A DNA stretch of 29,997 bases, from assembly GCA_004431415.1 (NCBI GenBank), contig QPMI01000485.1:1-29997 (forward strand), given 5' to 3'. Positions within the stretch are counted from its first letter, which is position 1; every line of letters starts with the position of its first letter. The notes beneath the pieces are model-generated. The model did not search any database. It was not told the DNA's origin and was given only the letters and a program-made list of their open reading frames with translations. This DNA comes from Cyanophora paradoxa CCMP329 (Eukaryota; Plantae; Glaucophyta). Shown piece by piece: positions 10,085-20,481 of this stretch. The translations under genes and the position numbers were made by a program.

Positions 10085-10767
10085 ATCGTGTCACAGTGTC
10101 CGTGCCGACCTCAGGAATCCGCTGCTGCTGCTGCTGCTGCTGACTCAGTGATGCTGGCAGCCTGCTGCTCCCGGCGCCGCCGCCGGCGCTAGAGGATGGC
10201 ACTAGTACTCAGGATGCCCTACTAGGCGAGGCTAGCGCTGCTGCGGCAGTGCTGGCGTACACGTACGCGTATACTGCAGTACTATGATATGAGCCACTCG
10301 CAAATGAACTTCGGCTTCGGAAGTATACGCCGTGACGTATGCTGGGCATTGCTGGCCCATTGCTGGGGGGGCGAGCTTCGAGCCTTCGAATTCGAGGCTT
10401 CGACTCAGGCTCGCCTAAGAGTCGCGGACGAGCGGGCCTTGCCGGCCCTTGCGGGCCCGGCCCAAGTTGCCAAGTTGCGGCCCGGCGGGATGAGGCCGCA
10501 GGTTCTACAGGAAGTATTTCTGGATGAACTTTCTGGTAGAGTACTACTAAAAGTAGTCGACGTCAGTGGTAGTCAGTGTACTACTAGTAGTCGACGTCAC
10601 TGACTCAGTTATAATTACTAAAATTAGTCAGCGCCGACTCAGCGGCCCGGCCCGCGGGCCGCGGCTGCAGCTGGCCGTGCGGCCCGTGCCGCCGTCGGCG
10701 CCGGCCCGCCGACGCCGCCGCCGCGGGCAGGCCTACCGGCGGCGCCGCGGCGGCGGCGGGCAGGCGC

Positions 10768-11264
10768 TAGGGCTGTCGTCAGTCACTGACAGTCACAGTC
10801 AGAGGGTCTGACTGACCTCACTGGGTCAGCTTTTGGCTGACTGCCGTTTTCTCAGTCCCATACAAAACCCTGCTGGCCCCCCTGCGGGCTTTTTCCATCT
10901 AAAGCTGACGTAGGTCGATTAAAAAATGATCTTCTGTCGTCGAACTTCCGAAATCTTCAAGAAACCGCCCATGTGCATGGTAAGAGGCTAATGGAGTTTG
11001 ACGTGCGCCTGGCGGGGGCCGAATCTCCTTTTCTCGTCCTCTCTGCTCGCATAACGTGCCTGGCCTGATGCTTGGCAACTTGAATGAAGTAGATAGATCG
11101 CGCTTGGGTCAATTCCAGCCAATTTCCTGGTCATTTTCCCCGGCTTTTGCACGGTAGCCTGACTGAACCTCGGGTTGACCGTTGACTGATTCATCAGTCA
11201 CAGTCAGGGGGGCTGACGGACTGGGTCAGCCGGGGGACTGACCGTCGGACTGACGACAGAACTA
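10768..11264. mobile_element. hAT-type MITE (~500 bp)
   Basis: TIRs TAGGGCTGTCGTCAGTC / GACTGACGACAGAACTA. Many subterminal CTGAC/GTCAG motifs. Flanks GCAGGCGC and GCGGGCGG match at 6/8 (decayed 8-bp TSD). Confidence 0.7.
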
Positions 11265-11662
11265 GCGGGCGGCGGGCGCGCGCCGCGCGCGCGGCCGGCC
11301 CGGCGGCCGCGGCCGGCGAGTCGGCGACTCGGCGGCGAGCCCGGGCGGGCCCGCCGGTCCGGACTCCAGGCTCCGGCGCCGGACCGGACCGTCAAGTTAC
11401 TAACTTAGGCGTCAACTCGAATATTTTTTCTTTAATCAAAGTTGCAGATCTAGAGTCAAATACAGACTCGAATATTAATGCAGATCCCATGTAGACTCTC
11501 AGATTGGCAGAGTCATTGGGACTCAATTTGGGAGTCTTTTGGGACTCATTGGCAGAGTCATTGCAGAGTCGAATTCTCAGTCAATTGCGACTGGCCCAGT
11601 GGCAATTTGCAGCCAAGTTGCAGCTGCAGCCTGCAGGTCGTCATGATCAAGGGAAGTTACTA

Positions 11663-11933
11663 CCGTGTAACACTAAATTAACAGCCCGTTAATTACCAGG
11701 TTATAAATTATAAAATCTGGCCCTCCCTAGGCGAAATAACAGAGTCCCAAATTAACAGATCATGCAAATTTAGGCTTGTTTGAGGCCGTAATTGTGGGGG
11801 GTAGATAGTATGAAACGACTGACAGCAGTGAATTAGCTAGCAGAGACCCAAATTAACAGACTATGTCAAATTTTCGGTCTGTTAATTTGGGACTCTGTTA
11901 ATTAAGTGGGTCCAGTATTTATGTGTTACATGG
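11663..11933. mobile_element. Tc1/mariner (pogo-like) MITE (~270 bp)
   Basis: TA|CCGTGTAACAC...GTGTTACATGG|TA. Internal CAGAG(T/A)CCCAAATTAACAGA occurs twice direct and once inverted. Confidence 0.8.
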
Positions 11934-12018
11934 TAGGCTAGGCAGTCAAGTTGAGTCAACCCTATAGCCGATTGATTTTACTTCGCCCAATCGACCAAGC
12001 CTCGAGGTCGAGATCTTG

Positions 12019-13251
12019 TAGGCCTGATGCTTGACCCCCCCCGGCTTCAAGCCAAGCCAAGCCAAATTCTGGCCTTCCGGAGTCAAGCCAAGCCAAGCAC
12101 CCGAGCCGGCCGGCTCAAATGCTTGGCCCCTCGGCTAGGTCAAATATTTGTCAAATGCTTGAGGGGGGGGTACCCCATGTACGCCCCTCTTTCTCATCTA
12201 GATCTAGCTATAGATCTTCCTTAAGGCGCGCCTTCGAATATTGCGCCCCTCGCTCGTCCAGATGTCGGACGTTGCGTGGCACACGTCGTAGATGCGGTTC
12301 GCGCCCTGAAACAGCATCGATCTGACCGACTTCCGCTGGCGCGCGTCACCGTATACGTACCTGATCCGCCAGGATGATCCGCCTGCAGCTGATCGTCCCG
12401 CGATCCGTCGGACGATAGCTTCTGCGGCGCCGGCCGAGTGAGCGGGCGTCGACGTCGCGCGCGCGCGGGCCGGGCGGGCGCGGGGGCCGGGCGCACGGGT
12501 TCAGGGCCAATTGCAAGGCCCAGCCGCGCATCCAGTGCGCGCTTGCCACGCTGAAAGGCAACATGCCGGTTCGGATTCGCCATCTGTCGGCGCGAACAGC
12601 CCGTGCGCATGCGTGTTGAAATGGCTAGCGCTGTCGATGCTCGATGTCGCGCTGATGTTTTTGAACACTGTCTTACAAGCGAACTGCCGGCCGTGCTTCT
12701 CCTTGTTGATCATGAGCAGGCACATCGCTGCTTTCTTCCCGTGCACGTGCAGCTTCCCCTAGCTGGATATCGATATATCGATGATCTTGTCGCCCTGCCA
12801 GACCCACGAAGTGAGAATGTGGATCTGCCGCTTAAGCCAGAGGAGGCTGTCCATCGGCTCGAAGTCGTCCGCGTCCGTGCGCGGCCCTTGCAATTGCGCT
12901 GCTGCAGGCGCCCCTGCAGCTGGCGCAGCTGCGCGCAGCTGCAGGCGCATCGCTGGAGCCGGCGATGGGCTGCGCGGGCCCGGCCGCGGGGGCACGGAAT
13001 GAGATGTTGCCGGACGCGTCCTTGCCGATGACTGACTGCGTGGATTTGCCCTTCTCCTTCGGCGGCATTGCTGCTGGCTGCCTGGCTGAGCCTACTTCGC
13101 TGTGCCTAAGTATGGCCCTTCCCCCCCCTGCTCCCCCCCCCCCCATAATATTTGCAAGTATCTTCAAGCACGGCTTTCTGGCTCAAATGCTTGGGGCTAG
13201 AGGTCAAGCCAAGTGCTTGAGGCAAATGCTTGACCCCAAGCAGCAGGCCTA
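12019..13251 (-). mobile_element. Non-autonomous hAT transposon (internal-deletion derivative)
   Basis: TIRs TAGGCCTGATGCTTG / CAAGCAGCAGGCCTA. Perfect 8-bp TSD AGATCTTG at 12011-12018 and 13252-13259. Subterminal CAAGC/GCTTG iterons. It interrupts the first unit of a ~36-bp tandem repeat (CGAGGTCG.GATCTTGGA.TCGACCTGAAACAAAAA) whose intact copy starts at 13280. Confidence 0.92.
12570..13068 (-). pseudogene. Transposase N-terminal remnant with BED-type zinc finger
   Basis: MPPKEKGK start at 13068, then broken frames reading TSWVWQG...KAAMCLL...FACKTVFKNISATSS..ASHFNTHAH (W..C..C..TS..H..H pattern). It lies inside the hAT TIRs. No catalytic domain remains. Confidence 0.6.
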
Positions 13252-14299
13252 AGATCTTGGAGTCGACCTGAAACAAAAACGAGGTCGCGATCTTGGATTC
13301 GACCTGAAACAAAAAAACGAAAAAGAAACGAGTGGGGGGGGGGCGAGGCCGGGGGGGGGGGGCAGTCGTGCCAGTGGTGGAGGGAGCATGAACAGTCATA
13401 TGCATGAACTGAGCATGGCATGCGCAGACTCATGAATCATGATCAGGCAGCGCAGACTGCTGCGCAGACTGGCAATGCAGTCCATCTGGTCTCATCATGC
13501 AGATGCATGCCATGACTGAGGATGATGACTCATCACTGCCTTTAGCTTGGCAGTGAATCCGGCCCATGCATGATCAACTCAGCAACCCTCAGCCTGGCAG
13601 TGATATCGATGCGCAATGCGCATACTAGTAGTAGTCTAGTACTACTGCCAGTCTACTAGGCTACTTGTACATGGGGGTATGATAGACGCGCCGCGCGCGA
13701 CGCGCGCGCGCGGGCCGCGGCCGGGCCGCGGGCCGGCCGGCCCGGCGGGCCCGGCCCGGCCGGGCCGGGTTCCGCGGCGGACTTCCGCCTGACTTCGATA
13801 TCCGGATCGGACCCGGGATGGGGACCGGATCGGAGTCATCGGACTCCCGGAGTCCGGGAGTCACTCCGAGTCAGGGCGACGCGGCGCCGCGGGCGGCGCC
13901 GCGGCGCCGGCGGGCCCGTTAACGTTCAACCGTTGAACGGTTCACTAAGATAGCAGGCCGAGGCCGGCGCCAGGTGATCATTAGCCTCCTGGACGGAACT
14001 TAAGCATCCTAAACTCCAGTTATCGATATCGATGCTCTTGATATATCGATGCAGCTCAGCGACTGCAGCTGAAGCGTTTGCATATGGCGGCCCTGGCTCG
14101 CGTAGATCAAAGTCATCGAATTAGCTTTAAAAGCATTATTTCGATTCTACAAATTTGTACAGCGATCTCTTGCCTGGGGGGAGGGCGGGACACCGCAGGG
14201 GCGAAGAGGAAGGGCGGGACCGTCGGACGGGGGGCGAGGGGGGAGGGGGCGGGGGGGGGGACACGTCCGAGGGGGAGATGGGGGGTACAGATGCGGCTC

Positions 14300-15793
14300 C
14301 TACTTCAGGGCGGCCATGAACGCGTTGTACGAGTTCTGCAGGTCGAACTGCGCACCGGAATTCAGAGAAGCAGAAGAAAAATGAAAAATTAAGGGGGGAG
14401 GGGGGGGCAGGAGGGGGGTACGGCGCGCGCACCTCCATCTGCCGCGCCTGCTCCGGCGCCAGGGTCTCGTGCGCCCGCATCGCGTTCAGCTCCTGAATCC
14501 TGCGAGAAGGGGAGAGACTCGACAGGGGTACAGGATTCCGTGCACGGCGAGAGGAGGGAGACTCAAACTCAACGGGGGGGGTACGTGCACGGCGCACCAG
14601 TGCCGGACCTTGGCCTTACCCTCGAAATCGGGCTTCAGGCGCGCGATCTGGTGCATGGAAGCCATCAAGTCCGACAGAATCGGGAAGAGCTGCGGCCGGG
14701 TACGCTGGTCAGTGTGCGCGATCGGTACCCCAACCCCGTTTTTTTCTTGCCTGGTCCACGGCGTTGTACCCCAGCTTGAGGGCATCCATGGCCGTGATGA
14801 AGCATTGGGTCTGGTGGGGGGAATCAGAAAGACTAGAAAAGGGGAAGGGTACAGGAGAGGGGGGGGGGGGGGGGGGCGGGTGGCGGACCGTGGTGGCGAT
14901 GTGCTGCGCCGAATCTTCGGCGGGGGCCGTCGCCGCGTGTTCGATCGTCGCAGGCACGCCCGCTCGCAGCCGGTGCAGCGCGGACGGCACCTGCAGCTGC
15001 GCCCCCGCCCGCGCCCGCGCTCGACGCCGGCGGCGGGTGCGCGGGACAGGAGGCGGCGGCAGGGCGGGAGCAGAGCAGGGGCTGGGCGCACGCCGTACTC
15101 GTGGGCGAAGCGCTGCAGGTCGGGCGCGACCTGCTGAAACGCCTGCTGCGAAGCGCGGTACTGCGAGATCATTTTCTGGCACGCCGGCGCGTAGCTGCGC
15201 GGAGCTCGTGAGAAAGAGAGAGGCGCGGCCGAGGCGCGGCCGGCGCGCTGCTCGGTGCGCGCGCACTCTTTCTGGGCGATGGCGTCGCGAGTGTACGCCT
15301 TCTCGAGGAGCTCGAGCGTCCGGAGGAGAGAGTAGAGGTCGGCCATCAGCTCGTACCTGTCCCGCTCCTTAGGATCATTCGCCAGCTTCATCTCCTGCCG
15401 TAGGCGTTCGACGGTGCCGCGGAAGCGCCGCGGCGGGCGCAGCCGCACCGGCTTCGATGCGAGGTTCGCCAAGCTGTTTGTCAGCGTCGCGCTGCCGCGA
15501 CGGCGTCATTCGGGCCGCGCGCCCCCGCCCGCGGCACGAGGGGCTCACAAGGCGGAGGCCACCGCCGAAGAAGGTCCGGGCGTCGGCTGCGGCTCTGCTG
15601 CTGCTGCTGCTGACGCCTCCGGGAGCCCGCGCACGGTACCATACTGCGGACGCGGGCGCGGATCAGCACGGCGGGGCGAGGCGAGCGACCATTCGAGTAT
15701 GAAGCGCGCCTGTGGGGTCGGCAGTGTAGGCGCAGTCGAGCCGGACAGCGTCCTCGTCGCGGTCGCAACGCCGCCCGGGCGCACGGCTTCCAT
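14300..15793 (-). CDS. VPS28: ESCRT-I subunit VPS28 (10 predicted exons)
   Basis: Spliced product: EMKLANDPKERDRYELMADLYSLLRTLELLEKAYTRDAI..YAPACQKMISQY..PSALHRLRAGVPATIEH..TQCFITAMDALKLGYNAVDQLFPILSDL..PDFEGKAKVRHW..QARQMEFDLQNSYNAF. Introns are ~55-100 nt and end in CAG. The first exons and start (15793) are less certain. Confidence 0.93.
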
Positions 15794-16492
15794 CTCACTG
15801 CGAAGCACGCCGGTGCGCTTCTGGTGCCTTTGAGACTCAGCTCAAGGTCTGGAAGCGCTCCGGCAAACACGTTTTGCCGCCGAGGGGGGTGCCACCTTCC
15901 ACTTCGTTCGCAATCTCGGTGAATCGATATCGATGTCGACGTTGACCCGCCACGCACCGCCGCACTACTATAGCTAGCCTAGTCGGCCTTGTATAGGCTA
16001 CCGCGTCTCTGTCTGGCGCTGCACTGGCGCCGCTGGATCGACTGCTTGAGCCTTGAGTACAGGCGCGCACGCGCGCTGCATGCAGTTGGCCTGGACCAGT
16101 AAACGTGGCGGCGCCGGGGCCGGCGCCGGCGCCGCCGCGCGCGCGCGCGCGCGCCAGCCTAGCACCGCTAGCGCTGAAACTTCCAGCGCTAGCTATAGGC
16201 GCCGCGCAAGCGCAATCCGGTGCCGCAGTGCAGCTGCACGCGCAAGCCCATTCCTAGCTATATCGTATCATAGTATAGGCGCCGGCTTAGACCCATGAGG
16301 GAGCTCGAGCCTAGAGATCGATCGGTATCGCGAGGGACCCATATGCCACTGCAGCTGGGCCATGATATCGATGCATGTGCTTCAACAAAAAAGAACTGCC
16401 GAGTATACTTAAGCTTAGCTAAAGCTAGAGCTGCCGGCGCCAGCTGCAGGCTGGCGTGATCATGAGCATCGGAGCCAGCGATGGCACTATAG

Positions 16493-17335
16493 CTAGCGGC
16501 CCGCGGCCCGCGGCGCCGGCGGGGTGGCGGCGGCGGCCTCGACGGCCTCGCCCATGCGGCGGACCATGGCCGCGTGCGCCTTCTCGGCCGTACCCCCCAC
16601 GAAGGGCATGAGGACGGCCGTGCAGTCGACGGTCACCTGCGTACAAAGCTCAGCGGCTTACAAACGCCGAGGCGGGCGAGCAGGCTTGAGAGGAGGAACC
16701 TGCTCGCTGACGCGCAGGCGCCCGCCGCCCTCGTCCCGCCACCGCAGCCTCGTCACGAGGTGCACGTCGGGCATGCTCCACGCCTCCGTGTCCACTCCCG
16801 TCCCGTCCAAGAGCGGGACCTGGGCAGCGCGGCCCTCAGCGTGGGGCCGCTCGCCCGGCGCACGGGCCCGGAGAGAGAGAGAGAGAGAGAGAGAGATCTA
16901 GCCTAGTAGATTATAATTAGATCTCACCAGCCTCGCGCGGAACTTGTTGGGGTAGGCGAAGCAGCCCATGGGTACGTTCTCCGTGATGTAGAACTCGTTG
17001 GGCGCCCCCGAAGAGACGATCTCCCGCACCAGCGGCTGGTACCTGCGCATGCGCATCGCCGAGCACGAGTCCGAGTCCGAGCCGGGTACGGTCCGGCCCG
17101 CGCGCGGCGGACGCGGGGGGCCCGGGGCGGCCGGGCGCCTTACGCGTGCTGGCTCACATGGCCATTTTCGTCGGGTCGCAGAGGAGGGCGCGCGCGTCCT
17201 CGGGGCGGCCGCGCACGATCGCCGCCTTCTCGAAGCTGCGGGACGACCGCCAGCACCTGCGCTCGCGTGCGGGGGCGCGGCGGCGACTCAGCTCGGGCTC
17301 CGGGCCGTCCCAAGACGAACGCAGACGGCGCACAT
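16493..17335 (-). CDS. SRPBCC/START-fold (DUF7053-like) protein, 4 introns
   Basis: Spliced product MCWRSSRSFEKAAIVRGRPEDARALLCDPTKMAMYQPLVREIV..FYITENVP..GVDTEAWS..LRVSEQVTVDCTAVLMPFVGGTAEKAHAAMVRRM fits a helix-grip pattern. Stop TAG at 16493-16495. The putative ATG is split by the first intron; further upstream exons are possible. Confidence 0.68.
16871..16896. repeat. (GA)13 microsatellite in an intron
   Basis: Directly visible. Confidence 0.95.
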
Positions 17336-18116
17336 CGCGTGCTCCGACTTCCGCGACGAGGCCCGGAGGTGACGAGCTATCGCTGTGCCCGGCTGTGGCC
17401 GCTCGATCCGCGCGCGGCTGCGGCAGCTGCAGCCGGCTGCGCGCAGCGCCGGCGCCACGCCTCTAGTTCGGAGCGCTTTGCTGGCTCCGAAAGCTCCGCG
17501 GCCGCAGCGCCGGGTTCAAAGGATGCCAGGAAGCGCGAAAGGCTGCAGCTGCGACGCCACGAGACGCCGCTCGAGCACCTCGCCGCGCGCCTGCGCATGG
17601 CTCGCGGCTTGGCGAAAAGGCGCGGGCGATTTGCAACCGGGGCGATGCACCTGTCGCGCTCGGGTACTCGGCCCGCCACGCCTCGAGCTCCAGCCCTGCG
17701 ACGTGCGGATCGAGAGATCGAGAGTCGGCGGCCGCGCTCGGAGGCTCGGTGCCATTCGCGATCTGTCGAGGTACGATATCGATGCGCAACAAGAGTGCAG
17801 CGCACCTCTGTCTGGATCCGGAGCCGGCCCGCTCCCCCTGAAACTGATGTACCCACCCCTAGCGACGAAAAAGGAGTTCCCGAGTGACGCGGCAGGGTTC
17901 CTATAAAGCCCGGGCGCCTGACCGGCCAGCGCATTTCACCGCTTGCGCTAAAGCTTCAACGCTCATACGCACGAGAACGACCCCACCATACAGTGGCTAC
18001 CGCAATCGCCACCCACATCAGCGCTACGCGCGCCAGCGTCCTCCCGGCCAACATTCGGCTTGTGAATAAACATCAGCCTCGCGTTTCCGCATCATAGCAA
18101 TCGTCAGCAATCCGGA

Positions 18117-19480
18117 ATGCCTCCCGCGCTTCCCGCATCCATTGTCGCCGATTCCTCAGCGGCGCCGAGCCCCCGGCCGACGAAGCCGCCAGTGCGCGTG
18201 CTCGTCACGGGAGCCGCAGGCCAGATCGCCTATTCACTGCTCCCTTCGATCGCCCGCGGCGATATGCTGGGGCCCGATCAACCAGTCATTCTGCACCTGC
18301 TCGACGTGCCCGCCGCCCAAGACGCCCTCGCCGGCGTGTGCATGGAGGTTCGCTGAATCATTGCCAACGCGCGCGTGCGTGCAACACGCCCTTGTCTGCT
18401 TCTGAGGCGCGCGCGCGCGGCCCCGCAGCTCCAGGACCTTGCGTATCCGCTCCTGGCGGGCCTCGTTCCGACCAGCGACCTCGCTGTTGCGTTCAGGGAC
18501 ATCGACTACGCCCTCATGGTCCGCGTTCCGTGTCATTCCTCTCAGGGGCGTCGCCGCTGACGCCCGGGCGGCCCCGCAGCTCGGCGCCATGCCGCGCAAG
18601 GACGGAATGGAGCGGAAGGACCTGCTGAAGGCGAACGCAGGCATCTTCAAAGAGCAGGGCGCCGCCCTGAACGCGCACGCGAAGCGCACGGTCAAGGTCG
18701 TCGTCGTCGGCAACCCCGCGAACACGAACGCGCTCGTCATGCGCCGCTGCGCGCCCGACGTCCCCTCTGAGAACTTCTCGGCCCTGACCAGGCGCGCCGC
18801 GCCCCCGCCCGCGCCGGCCCGCGCTGCGTTTCCGCTTCTGACGACGCCGCGCCGCGCCGCAGGCTGGACCACAACCGGGCGGTCGCTCAGCTGGCGGCCC
18901 GCATCGGCGTGAGCCCCGGCGACGTGCACGGCGTCTGCATCTGGGGCAACCACTCCTCCACCCAGTACCCCGACGTCTCGAGCGGTCCGCCGCCCCGTAC
19001 CCCCCCCCACATCTGAGCGGTCGATCGTGGCCTGATTCGATCCCGGCCGCAGCGGTGGCCACGGACCCCGCGACGGGCCGCCCTGCTCCCGTCCTGTCCC
19101 TGGCGGACCCGGAGTGGCTCCGGGGCGGCTTCATGAGCACGGTGCAGGGCCGCGGCGGCGCGGTTCTGAAGGCGCGCAAGCTTAGCTCGGCGGCATCGGC
19201 GGCCAAGGCGGTGGTGGACCACGTGCGCTCCTGGGCCCTCGGCACCGATGGAGAGGTGGTCTCCATGGCCGTCCTGACGGACGGGACCGGCCCCGCGGCC
19301 GGGTACGGCGCCCCCGCCGGCGTCGTCTTCTCCTTCCCCGTCCGCTGCGCCGGCGGCCGCTTCGAGGTCGTGCCCGGACTCGAGCTGGACGAGTTTTCGC
19401 GCGCGAAAATCGCGGCGACCTCCCAGGAGCTCCTCGAGGAGCGCGCCGACGCCTTCGCCCACCTGGGCCTACCCCTCTGA
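18117..19480 (+). CDS. MDH1: Cytosolic-type NAD malate dehydrogenase (5 exons)
   Basis: Motifs [66 protein letters not shown] and [10 protein letters not shown]. Introns 18348-18428, 18519-18579, 18792-18862 (GC-AG) and 18985-19052 restore a continuous frame. Confidence 0.97.
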
Positions 19481-20481
19481 GGGCCCCCTGTGTGTATTTT
19501 AGGCTGTACACCCTTCTTCCGCTTCTTCTTCGTTTTCGGTAGGACACTTCAGGCCGTGGCAGCATCGCTGCACTGATTAGGCAGAGCATGGAAGGATTGT
19601 CTGTTTCTTCGTCCCTTTTCAAATTCGATTCGTCGTCTTGCAACGGTGCCGCTTTAGAACCGCTCTGTGCAGACCCTGGGATTTTGTTGGCAGCCCCGCT
19701 GTTCCCTGATGGATGTAAAGTGTAAAGCAACTGTTCAGAAGACGTAGTTTCGGTAGCGCTCGTCCCCTTTCTCTCTCGCTCTTCGCTTTCTTTCAATCGT
19801 CACCCGAATTCGAATGCCTACAAGGTTACTATCTCGCTGATTTTTCAGACTCTAGGATACCTTCTGTTTCTGACTCCCCACTGACTCCCCAGCGTAAATA
19901 TTAAATAGAAGTAACTAACGCAGAAGCAAGTGATCAAGTCTGTCCCGGGCCCGGTCCAGTATTCAACAGTTTTTTGGAGGCAGCTATGCAAACGGTCATC
20001 CGACCTACATGCAGTGCAGCGCTAGCTTTCGCTTGATCAGTAATTCTATGACACCAGTAGAATTCGAAATACGTCAAACCGACAGCTAGCTATAGGATCG
20101 AGATCTAGCTAGAGCCAGATGCAGTTGTCTTTAAATTTTTCATTGCATACAGTCTGGCAGTCTGGCAGTAACTTCGAAGCTCAAAGGCTCCAATATAATT
20201 ATATATACGTAGAAAAATCAGACTGGGGCTGGCCGGAGTACATCATGATCATGGCCTGAACCACGAGAGCGGGCCGGGGGCCACCCGCGGGACCGGATCC
20301 GCCTCGCCTTCTCGTGCGGAGCGCCGGCAACCGAGGGTACCGAGGGGTGGGGGGTGGGGGGGAGGGGAGGGGGGGAACATCAAATTTCAATAAACTACAA
20401 TGAGCGGATATTCAAATAAGCTACGATACGACGAGCGATCAAATAAAGTACGACGGTTCTGGGCATGGGCCTTAGTGGTAG

